A stretch of 64,000 nucleotides of DNA from Macrostomum hystrix (Eukaryota; Animalia; Platyhelminthes): assembly GCA_950097015.1 (NCBI GenBank), contig CATNEN010000032.1, forward strand, positions 248,001-312,000, in the 5' to 3' direction. Under the pieces are notes generated by a model. The model had not been told where the DNA came from and did no database searches. It worked only from the letters and a program-made list of their open reading frames with translations. Made by a program: the position numbers and the translations under genes. Shown here one piece after another: positions 1-10,381 of this stretch. The first letter of the stretch is position 1, and every line of letters begins with the position of its first letter.

Positions 1-387
1 CGACGAGCAGTGACCGAATCCCTGCACTTTTAGCCGCCCAGTTGTTAGCCGGGCGTTTGCCTACCCTCCGCGGTGCCGGATAGGAGCCACAGCGACAGCC
101 TAAAGCCTATAGAGGCTTTGCATTCGAGCATCAACAGCAGCAATAGTGTACAGCGGTATACTGATGTACTCGTATTATTTTCATTCGTGATCGATTGACT
201 GACTGATTAACACTGATTGACTCAGACTTAAACGAACACAACAAATGCACACGGAAAAGGCAATTAGAATGTTGTCTATGCTAAAATTTATTACAATCAT
301 GATACGTATTTCCGGTGGCTTACTAATGCTACATACACACCCGCATGCAAATATTGATCTCGTATCGAAAGGATGCTGGCACGCGGG

Positions 388-545
388 GCTGCCTGCTTAG
401 CTGCTACTGCATGGCTATGGCTACTGCTAGCTGCTGCTGCTTGGCTGCTACTGCATGGCTGCTGCTGCTGCTTCTGGCTGCTGCTAATAGCTGCTGCTGC
501 TATAATGCTCTAGTGCTGTATTTCTTAATTAGCTGCTGAGCTGCT
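388..545. repeat. CTG/GCT-rich low-complexity tract
   Basis: Imperfect (GCT)n/gctactgcatggct runs; the 345-539 ORF is a by-product of this tract. Confidence 0.7.
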
Positions 546-771
546 GTATCCTATATACTGGTGCTGTGCTATTCCGCTGCAAATGAGGAAAAGGCTCGAT
601 ATATAAAATAGGCCGTTTTTATATACCGAACTTAAAGCCTAAATTAGTCACCTAACTTAAAAGCCTAAATTAAAAGGGGCATCCCTGTCTCAAAATACAT
701 GGTCTATGGAAGAAGGGGTGTGGAATGACCTCGCCCCACTGCCCTGTTTTGAAAAAGAGAAGGCTCTTAAC

Positions 772-2648
772 TAGGGATGCCAATTCCCCGGACTTTTAAA
801 ACCCCGGGGAGACGGGGGAATTTTCGGCGTTTTCCCCGGACAAAAAGACAAAACACCGCAGATGCAGTTTATAAAATGTACTTTTGCTATGTTTTTTCGC
901 ATCTTCACATAACACATTCGTAGCTTTATCTGCATGTACTGAAGAACGTCAAATATACTAAAATACTAGTTCATTTTGTTTAAAATATACTTTTTTATTG
1001 CAGATTTATGTCGTATCACGTTACGTGTGATTGTGATTTTGGTTGTCTGTGGTTTGTGACCGTTGGCATCAAACTGATTGAATATTCAAATTAGATGTTA
1101 CCCATCGAGGACTGGTTGCGCTGGTCCCAATGTGGACGAAGCCATGCGGTCGATGGCGCGGCACCACCTGCTTGCTAATACTAGGTCGTGTGAAGCGTGC
1201 GACATTCCTATGTCGCTCCAACGCCGTGCTGGCATGGACTGCATCGATGGCTGGCGGTGGTCCTGTAAGGAGTGTAAGCAGCACCGCTCGATTAGGAAGG
1301 ACTCCTTTTTTGCAGAGAGTCACCTGACGCTGCTCCAGCTCATCGACGTCATTTACTTTTGGGCGAAGAACCTGCGGGATACCGATATTGAGGGGGAGGC
1401 CCAAATCAGCCGTCACACTGCGGTTGACTGGCTCAACTTCATCCGTGATATCTGCGCGATGTATCTGCTGGATCACCCAATGCAGCTCGGCGGCCCAGGT
1501 GTCGATGTGGAAATCGACGAAAGCAAGTTTTATGCACCGCAAGTACTATCGGGGCCAGTACCGTGAAGGTCATTGGGTGCTCGGTATGGTCGAGAGAGGC
1601 ACAGCCCACTGCTCATTGGTTGTCGTTGTCGACAGATCCGCCAATAGCCTACTGCCGATCATCAACCAGACCGTGCTTCCAGGAACGCGCATTATTACGG
1701 ACCAATGGGCCTCCTACAACACGCTGGCCAACCATCTAACGGTCAACCACTCGCTGCACTTCCGGGACCCCAACAACCAAGCGGCTCAGACGAATACCGT
1801 CGAGGGAATGTGGGGAAATTGCAAGGCGAAGTATCGAGCCATGCACGGAACCTATGACAGTTTATTCGAAACGTACCTGCAGGAGTTTATGTGGCGCCAA
1901 GCCTTCCCCGAACGCCAGTTTGGCAATATCCTCTACTGGATAACGCACTACTACTACTACCCTGTGTAGTGCGAACGTGCGGACGTGAACTTGAACTTGC
2001 TTTGAACTTGCGAACTTGCGTTGTTACATTGTTACACTTGTTTAATATTTGAAAAGTTCGAAAAAAGGGTGAAAATAATTTAGAGCGGGAAACTGCACAA
2101 TCGCCTATAGTCTATCTCTATACCAAGCTTGTCTTTTCTATAAACTCACTAAGTCACTAGAACTAGAATTAGTAGTTTAGTATAGTAAAATAGAAATCAT
2201 AGAAGTGTATTCATACATTTAAGAATTAATATAATCTTGCTGGAAATAGAATTGGGCTTAGTTTAGACTTTGTATTTTGGATTGATTGAATCTGAATGAA
2301 CGAACTCAACTGGGCTGGATGAATCAAAAATCGGATTCCGTAATAAAAAATTAACATAAAAGGTTCAAATCAAATAATTGCAATTGCAATACTTGTACTT
2401 TTTAATTGTAGACTTAGTCTAATAAATATTCGTCTATAAATGAAAGAAAATAAATGAGCAATCATATAAGTGCTTAAAAACAGATCTACTATAGTCTATA
2501 ATTCTTTCTTTCATATATTCAGTTTTACTAATTCTAAAGAAAGACATTAAAAAAAATTCTATCTAGGGATTTCCAGACAAAACCCCGGACCGGACCTTCA
2601 TTCGGGGTCCCTGGGGGGCCGTCTCCGGGGTTGGCATTGGCATCCCTA
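772..2648. mobile_element. TIR DNA transposon (13-bp TIRs, 8-bp TSD) enclosing a Merlin/IS1595-like transposase
   Basis: Left TIR TAGGGATGCCAAT at 772-784 and perfect inverted copy ATTGGCATCCCTA at 2636-2648. Flanks are CTCTTAAC (764-771) and CTGTTAAC (2649-2656), 7/8 identical. A subterminal CCCCGG..GAGACGG motif occurs at both ends. Confidence 0.8.
1095..1969 (+). pseudogene. Merlin (ISXO2/IS1595-like DDE) transposase, frameshifted
   Basis: N-terminal C-x2-C...DGWRWSCKEC...SIRKDSFF zinc-ribbon region, then VEIDESKF-MHRKYYRG, IITDQWASY, HLTVNHS, TNTVEGMW, YLQEFMWR. There is a +1 frameshift in the TTTT run at 1528-1531, and probably another near 1125 (ATG at 1095 gives MLPIEDWLRWS in a different frame from NVDEAMR). 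Confidence 0.85.
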
Positions 2649-3148
2649 CTGTTAACCAATCGATAATTTCACCCCTTTGGTCACAATCGTCATAAAGACG
2701 AATCAAGTCATCTGTCTGTTCATCTGCAGGACCGTCTGGCTCGCTCACTGACTGCTTTTGAGGGAGGAAGATTGAGTTGGAGGGGGTGGGTGTGCTGTTT
2801 ACTGAAAAAATCGAATGTCTGAGCTTTTGAGGGGTTTGCTAAAGCGGTAAACAAATGTAGTATATAGTGCAGGGCACACTTCTTTTTCCCTCCAGAGTGA
2901 GCCATAGTATTAGTAGAAAATTAGCAGAAGCGGCAAGCAGCAGCAGCAAAAACTAAAAGGTAAATATTCTCTAACTTTTAAAAAATTTACTAAGTAGTGC
3001 ACTCCCAATACATATACTTGAAACGAGATAAACCCAGTACCAATGCATAATTGATTACGAGATCGATCGACTCACTCTTTGCTCTTTTAATTAGCTGTTT
3101 TTCATATAACCGAACTGACAGATTTATGAATACTCATCGATTGCAGCG

Positions 3149-3640
3149 GTGGCGGCTACGGCAACGACTCAAGCCAGTTATAAGCTATTTGGTGCAGCAT
3201 GTTTTACGGCTTTGCACTTTGCTGTCATTCTTAATCTTAGACTCTTAGCCAACAATGAAGGACACAACAGCGCCTTCCGCAAGGCTATCCATCATGGGAT
3301 AGCCGCTATCGTAGCCAGTTGCGGTGGCCTATGTGAGATCTTCTGGCTGATCCATGAGGCCTTCGCAATGGCCGGCATCGACAATTCCATGCTAGTAATC
3401 GCCGACTACCCGGATGCGATCGCTGCCATCCGAGCCACAACCGGCATCTTGGTTGTCGAGATGCAGGAAAGCGACGACAACGTCCTGCAGGGCCCGCCCA
3501 TGCAGCAGCGGGTTCGGTACCTGCTGGCCGCACAAAACATCCAGTTGCATGTCGGGCGCATAAGGTGGTGGCGGATGGCAGGCCCGGAGTCTGGGTACGC
3601 CAGCGCGACCTCGGCCTCAGTTTCCTCTGATTCCAACTAG
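3149..3640 (+). other. GC-rich open reading frame of unknown origin (163 aa)
   Basis: From about 3250 to 3640 the sequence is markedly more GC-rich than its flanks, with many C/G third positions; I recognise no family motif. Confidence 0.3.
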
Positions 3641-5090
3641 ATTTTGGATATTATGTCCTCCCGAACGCTACCTTAGGTCCTTGTGTTGACCTCATTCTCT
3701 ACTCTTGTCCAACCTTTTCTTCATCTCTCCTTATATTTGACCACTCCTCCTTTCCATTTCCAAAATTTTCTAAAATTTGCATAACTTAACTTTCTTAGTA
3801 TTGTTACTGTACAGTGTTTTAATTCCCTTTAAATATAAAAGTAACTATTAATGTAACGTCAAAATGAAATGTATATGTATAATGTCATGCTTATAAGTTT
3901 TTTCTTTCATTGTGAACTTAAATAAGCGAATGTCGTAATTTGTAATTAATGAATGAATGACAAATAAAAAAATTAATATTTTAGTTACAGAATAAAAAAC
4001 AATAGCTTATAAAGGTTATAATGGTTATTATAGATTAAACTACAGGATTGAAAATTAAAGATTAAAAAATTAAAGATTTTTATATTAAAGGCTATATATG
4101 TATTGGTTATTAATGATTTCTCTAGTAAATTTCAATTTCAAATTGTAAATTTCTTTAGCTGGGTTTTCGTTGTTGCTGGTGTGCTCACTGCATCATCACT
4201 GCATGGAATCCAAGTTCGAGCATATTCTTTTAGGCATAGTGCGCATGCACCAGACTGTACTCTCATCATATTGGCGATGATGTGATAGGCATGCGAGATT
4301 TATGCGAGCATAAATGCATAAATCACCCAACTTAAAAAAATCACACAGGATGAGCAAGAATCCGGAGTGCCCTCTGCGACGAGCCTAGCTGTGTCGGCCG
4401 GAAACCTAAAGGCATTATGTGCGAAAGCACGAGCAGGTTTTCTAGCCGAATTTCCGGCTCTCTGACGTACCGCAGCACATGCGCCTATCTGAAGCCCAAC
4501 GTTCTGCTGCGACGAAGAATCAGCGCCTGGAAATGGCCTGGCTCTCAGGTGCAGCCGCAACCTCAAATCTGGGCATCGGGCCGAGAAAATATCGGTCTGC
4601 CAGGCCTACGGCAAGGTGAGGCGCAGACCTCTTGCCGACAGCTGTCAGCCTGCTGCAGCTGAACAACCGCAGATGCTGCCGCCATGCACAGCCTCCGCAT
4701 GCAGCGAATGGTCCTGGTGGGCCTTGAGACAGAGTCAGAGCAGGACGAGCAGCAGGATCATGACACTGACGGCCAGTTGGACCACTTGCTGGCCTCGGTC
4801 CAACTGGCTATATCAAATGCGAAGGACAAACACGTGATTCTGAAAGCAGCAAAAGCCAACTCAATCTCTTTTACGTCAGTCTTAAGTAAGCTAAAAAGGA
4901 TGATTAAAAACATAGGCAGTTAACATTTTCAAATAAAATACTTAAACTAGCTGCTTTTGTGTGTAACAAGTAATTTTCTTACGAAAGTGTATAAATTTGC
5001 TTTACTTTTACATTTTTTAAATATAGGTGAATTAAAACGACTTTTTAACTAGAATTCGCTGCAGACCTAATGTAAGTAAACGTAACGTAA

Positions 5091-5215
5091 GGTGTGAAAC
5101 CCTACCAGGTAATTTTCTTAAGTAGAAGGAGGAAAGTAAAAATTAATACAACCAGTAAATGTAGATGCTTATCCTGAAATAACAGCTATTGTGTGAGATT
5201 TTATAATGAAAAAAC
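5091..5215 (+). repeat. Left arm of ~130-bp imperfect inverted repeat (partner ~9465-9603)
   Basis: Shares AAACCCTACC.GG.AAT, GAAAGT.AAAATTA.TACAA and AAATAACAGCTATTGTGTGA.ATTTTA with the reverse complement of 9465-9603. Confidence 0.65.
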
Positions 5216-5293
5216 TTTGACATTGTTTATCTGAGTTAAGATGCTGATGCAAAATGCATTTTCAATGCTAGCAAGTTTTGATAAGTTAGAAAA

Positions 5294-5633
5294 TCTTATA
5301 TACTAAATCTAATATACTAAAAATGAAAAACTTGTATGTTTGCTGCATTGACTAGCTCCCGAACGGCTCAACTGATTTTCCTAATTCCTTCGCCAAAAGA
5401 TCACAAATGGGCCCAAATCGGTACACATATTTTTATTAAGCTTAATTCCATTGCCAAGCCAAGGGGATTAAATATTCGAAAAACTGTTTTAAATAGTCTT
5501 TTCTAATGCATTCTTGTTTTCAGCTTGTGCATAGTGAGGCTCCAGGCTCAGAGCCAGTTTTGATAGGGCCTAGGCCTAACACACTGATAAAAACTCAAGG
5601 GAGGCTACCCAGAGGGTAGCGAAGGCTGGCTAG
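5294..5633 (+). mobile_element. Non-autonomous Helitron (~340 bp)
   Basis: 5' A|TC terminus (TCTTATATACTAAA, repeated as TCTAATATACTAAAA at 5308) followed by a Helitron-like ...tgtatgtttg...gaacggctcaactgattt segment. 3' perfect hairpin GCTACCC-aga-GGGTAGC (5604-5620), then CTAG|T at 5630-5634. Confidence 0.75.
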
Positions 5634-6754
5634 TGAAGTTTCTAAATCTTAAGCACAAATGTCTAGATATAAACATTTTCCCTTCCATTTTTGGCTGTGG
5701 ATGCAAGTTACGGATTATTTTTATTTGCACCTAGATTTTGGGCTTAATATGCTGACATTTTTTTTTCACAAAAAACCTGATTTTAATTTTTTAAAAGTTC
5801 TAACTGAAAAATTCTAGGAAACAAGAGAAAGAGATATATGGCTCTGATGCAATCATCAAATATTTTCATGATTTTATAATTAATCTATTTCCTTTATTTC
5901 ATGATGACATACAATGTCCCTGAAAATTAATATTTTGATATTGATAATTAGGGGTTGGACAATATCACTTTTTCGAGATTTATTCAAATTCGCAAATAGT
6001 GTGTTATGCTTATCTATATATATAAAAGTGAAAACTCTGTCTGTCTGTCTGTGTGTGTGCAACCTTTTGTCTTTATAGACGCCGAAACCGCTCAACCAAA
6101 TCGCACCAAACTTTGCACATACCTAAAACCACCTACGCTGAGTGCAATAGGCTACTCAAATTCCCGAAAAATCATTTCCTTCCTGCTCAAAAGTGCAAAA
6201 AACTGCTCAAAAATCGTCAAAAAATCACTCAATTCGACATATCGTCGCCCCACTTTGTCAGATTTTCTCAAAATTTGATCCACTTACACTTTACATGTTT
6301 TCCAACAATGCTGTCAATTTTGAACATCTCTACTCAATCCAGAGCAAAGCTGCATCATCTCAAAGTGAGTCACTTTTTGTTTTCCGAGGACAGCCACCCC
6401 AACTCCCCTCCGCCACTCTGCGGGCCAAATTTTATTACAGCCACCCCCTCCCTTCCCCGGGCGCCAAAGCCCCAGACTGTACATTGTATTTCAAGCCGTG
6501 AATGTACACAGCCCAAACCCCTAGACTGTCTACTGGCCCCCAAGCAGCACTGAGACTGAGTGCGGTGAGTGCGGTGGCGTCCCAGTGTCTGTCATTTGTC
6601 TTTATAGACGCCGAAACCGCTCAACCAAATCGCACCAAACTTTGCACATACCTAAAACCACCTATGCTGAGTGCAATAGGCTACTCAAATTCCCGAAAAA
6701 ATCATTTCCTTCCTGCTCAAAAGTGCAAAAAACTGCTCAAAAATCGTCAAAAAA

Positions 6755-7418
6755 GCTCAAGGCAAAAGTTTACCCGAACCTGATGGTTCGATATGCTGAC
6801 GTTGACTGGCTGTCAGAGAGGGCAATTCTGTGTCCTAGAAATGATGCCGCCAACGAAATTAACTACCAACTGCTTCAGGAGTTGCCAGGTGCAGTTTTCA
6901 CCTACAAGTCAATTGATACAACGTTGACTGATGACACCGCTGTGGAGTATCCTGTTGAGTTTCTGAACTCTCTAGATCCTCCTGGAACTCCATCGCACAA
7001 CTTGCAGCTGAAAGTTGGGGCACCAATTATGCTCCTCCGCAACCTGAATGCGCCAAGGCTGTGTAACAGCACCAGACTGATAGTCAGGCGGCTCTTCCCA
7101 CACGTGATTGAGGCCACGATAATGACTGGATCTGGCAGAGGAGAGTCTGTGTTCGTTCCCCGGATTCCAATTATCCCCACGGACCTGCCATTTCAGTTCA
7201 AGCGACTGCAGTTCCCTGTGAGAGTGTGCTTTGCGATGACTATTAACAAGGCTCAGGGACAGTCGCTGAAGGTAGCTGGCATCAACCTGGAGACTCCTTG
7301 CTTCTCGCATGGGCAGCTTTATGTCGCCTGCTCCCGTGTTGGAACTCCAGCTGGCCTATTCATTTTCGCACCAAGGGGAATAACGAAGAATGTGGTGTAT
7401 CCCCAGGCCTTGAGGTGA
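6755..7418 (+). CDS. Helitron RepHel helicase (PIF1 family) C-terminal fragment
   Basis: ERAILCPRND, PVEFLNSLDPPGTPSHNLQLKVGAPIMLLRNL, RLQFPVRVCFAMTINKAQGQSL and FSHGQLYVACSRV are hallmark Helitron/PIF1 motifs. The Rep domain and Walker A motif are absent. Confidence 0.9.
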
Positions 7419-7570
7419 CTCGCAAGCAATTAATAGAAAAGTAGTCACGAATTGACCTTGACCTGTCTAACTCTGAACTCTGAAACAGTTTAATTTTGTT
7501 TCTTTGACATTGTTATTGTTATGCCATGGCTATTTTCCTTATGTATACGCGTGTACATGCATACTGTATA

Positions 7571-7843
7571 CAGAGGCAGATTTAGGGGAGGGCGGGGGGG
7601 CAGTCGCCCCCCTAAATTTTAATCAGGGGAATAAGATGCCCCCACCAGGGGCGCCAGTCGCAGCACTGGCGCCCCTTTTCGGTCGCTGGCGCCCCTTTTT
7701 CAGCCGCTGGCTCCTGTTTTTCAGCCGCTGGCGCCCTTTCTTGGCTCCTGGCGCCCTTTTTCGGCCGCTGGCACCCCCTCTGTGATTCTCATGGCGCTCC
7801 CCTGACAGACCGCCCCAAAACAAAATTCCTGGATCTGCTACTG
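7571..7843. mobile_element. MITE (273 bp), hAT-type, inserted in the Helitron 3' region
   Basis: Imperfect TIRs CAGAGGCAGATTTAGG / CCTGGATCTGCTACTG; perfect 8-bp TSD ACTGTATA at 7563-7570 and 7844-7851; internal GGCGCCC repeats. Confidence 0.85.
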
Positions 7844-9464
7844 ACTGTATAGAGGAGTGGCTTAGAGACATGTTTCTAAAGAAGTAATCAAGAGGGGGCT
7901 GTTTGGACAAACTTTTCACATATTTTTTACTTAAAACGCCCTTAAACAAACTCTTCACTTTTCATTAATGCAGTAAATAAATAAATGGTGACCTTCACTA
8001 TAAAGTTAATACAGAGACGTGAATTGCTTACTGCTTTGCTTTAAATTTCTGCCCCAAAAACAACGGGCAAAAAAAGCTAGTATTTTATGTATAAGTAAAT
8101 TTTTCAATACTTAGAAAAACATACATTTGTTTTGGATTGGCAAGACTAAAATTCTTACCATGAATCTGATATTATGCTATGTATATTAGCCATAGATAAC
8201 CAATGGCATTGTGTGAGCTTTTCAGCATAGCTAACTTAGCTCACAACTCACAATTAAGGTGATGGCAACTAGAAGATCTTAGGTAGGTCTTCTGGTACAA
8301 TCTGTCTGCTCGGTTGCCAGAATGTATCAGGAGAACTTATCCAAGATGTCTGGATTTCAAGATGTCTGTCTCGATTAAGTAAAGAGTAAAATTGTTAGAT
8401 ATAATAAACAGCTAATGTTAGTCAAAACTGCCAGAAATAAATTCAAATAGACAATTTAACAAAAATGAAAAAGTACATCAGTAAACTGATCCATTCTACT
8501 CGACTTCAAAACTGATCTTACATTTTATTCTTTTCATTCAACTTTATTTAGTTTTAGCTTTTCCTCAGTGTTCATCAGAGGAGGCTGAATCTATCAAGCA
8601 TTTCGTCAATGAACGCCAAGAGAAGCTTGTATGAGTATAAAATAGTAAAAAATGACTGCTGACTGAGAATAAAAATCATAATCATTGCTGAGACTAAAAC
8701 TCTAGTGCTTCTACAGTTTCTTCTGGAAGTCTGTCACCTGTATATGAACAAAATTTGTTTTTTTAAGTAACATAGTATATCTGTAGACTAAATAAAATTA
8801 AAAAATAAATCTAATTCTTTGAGATCTTGAAACAAAGATTGAGATTGAAAAAAGTTCTGAGATCTTGATGATCAAGATCAAGATCAAGATATTGTCTGAC
8901 CCCTATTGATAATATTAGTAACAATCAAGCATTAATGCAATATTTTCATGATTTTATAATAAAGTCCAAGAACAAATTTATTTGTTTTTTATAACCTGTC
9001 TATAGAATTTTTTTATTGAACAATAACTAAAATTACAGTATAAGTTTATTGCCTAGAATTATTGGCTAGGCTATGATGTCTGTTTTTGATACAAAAAAGT
9101 ATTTTTTTTGCGATTTGCAATTGAAGTGGGTTTAACATAATCAATCTATGCCAGCAGTGGCTATATAAGTAGATGGTGTGAATTTTATTTAGTCACAATA
9201 ACATTTAGTCAATCCTATTCAAATGATTTGAATCAATATCAATGTACAAGAAATAGTTTCTTCTTGTCACTTCTATTTAAGTAGTGCTACACACAATATA
9301 AAATTTAAACCTACAGAAAAGCAAAAAATGGTGCTTCTTAAATCAAAAGTGACAATTTTCTATTTGTTGCTCTAAATGAGTATACTTAAAAATTATATAG
9401 GTTAATAAAGCAAAAAAATTGTGTAAAATTGTAAAGTTTTCTTATAAAGTTTTTTATAAAAAAA

Positions 9465-9603
9465 TTTCATAAAATTTCACACAATAGCTGTTATTTGTCT
9501 TCTTGCAACATTATTCAGTATTAGTAATTACATTGACAATTTGTACTAATTTTCACTTTCTTTCCTTTTACTCAAGAAATATTTCCAGGTAGGGTTTTAC
9601 CTC
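9465..9603 (-). repeat. Right arm of ~130-bp imperfect inverted repeat (partner 5091-5215)
   Basis: The reverse complement aligns by eye with 5091-5215 (see that entry). Confidence 0.65.
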
Positions 9604-10381
9604 AAAAGTGTAGTAAAGTTTTATACTCTACTATGTAAAGTCATTTTATAAAAAAATTGAAATAATTATTTCTCTTGTCCCACTGTAGTCCATTACAGTC
9701 CATTGTGGTCCATTTCAGCTCATTTTGGTGTTTATATGGACCCATTAGAGGCATCTTTCTGCCCATGTTCTTATCTTGCACGTGGAACAAATTGCATATT
9801 TTCAGAGTCATGTATTGCTGTATACTTTTATATTTCTTTCATTATTTTTTATTATATTTAAATTACTATTTTCTGTACTTACTGTGGACAATATTTCCTT
9901 TTCCTACTATTTATGGAAAATTTTATGTAGAGTGGCTGCTTTAGTCTTAGAAACAGTTAAAAAAATTTTTTTATGTGTTAAAGAGCAAGACCTTTTGTAA
10001 ATAAATACACTGAAAATCTTATTAATATATAGCTAATAATTTGTGGCTATGTAATAGTAAGCTTTTTTTATCTAACCTAATACTACATCATAACTATAAT
10101 TACGTTTTAAGAACATATCTTTTTTATTAAACTTTATTTTCTCTATAAAGCATCATTAAATATATTACAGGCCAGTCTCAAAGGCAGGTATTTGAGTTGA
10201 ATATAAAGTGGCAACTATTTTGCAGTGAAAGTTAAAAATACTTTAAAACTTAGTAATCTATATTTGTGGTGTCAAATCTATATTGCAAGTTTTCATTGTT
10301 GCAGCTTTAGGTAGTGAAAGTGGTTACTTTTCAGAATTTAAAATTTAACAAAAGTGCAACAGTTTCAAAACTTTTTTTGAA

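Larger units (their letters stand above)
6013..8080 (+). mobile_element. Internally deleted Helitron carrying the C-terminal part of the PIF1-like helicase
   Basis: A|TCTATATATATAAAA at 6012/6013. Degenerate hairpin TGCCC...GGGCA (8050-8069), then CTAG|T at 8077-8081. Contains the helicase ORF; a ~160-bp 5' segment is duplicated (6068-6226 vs 6595-6754). Confidence 0.8.
5949..8905. mobile_element. hAT-like TIR element (host of a nested Helitron)
   Basis: TIRs TAGGGGTTGGACAATATC (5949-5966) and GATATTGTCTGACCCCTA (8888-8905), 16/18 match. Perfect 8-bp TSD TTGATAAT at 5941-5948 and 8906-8913. Subterminal (CAAGAT)n repeats near the right end. Confidence 0.85.

Noticed and set aside
2564-2648. 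TAGGGAT…ATCCCTA 85-bp mini inverted repeat as an independent element
   Set aside because: Its flanks do not form a TSD, whereas the 772 end does.
3250-3330. NNEGHNSAFRK resembling MULE transposase 'TNN..EG.H'
   Set aside because: The match is too short and no other MULE motif is visible.
4417-4923. In-frame TGA at 4660-4662 joining two ORFs (selenocysteine or readthrough?)
   Set aside because: No selenoprotein motif or recognisable SECIS; other frames are also broken, suggesting decay.
8282-8628. Small exon-like pieces in the hAT-like element (VFWYNLSARLPE; 60-nt AG..GT segment 8569-8628)
   Set aside because: Possibly transposase relics, but too short to assign.
5860-8960. 21-bp direct repeat ATATTTTCATGATTTTATAAT on both sides of the hAT element
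   Set aside because: It lies outside the true 8-bp TSD and is only ~115 bp apart once the element is removed, so it is a local duplication.
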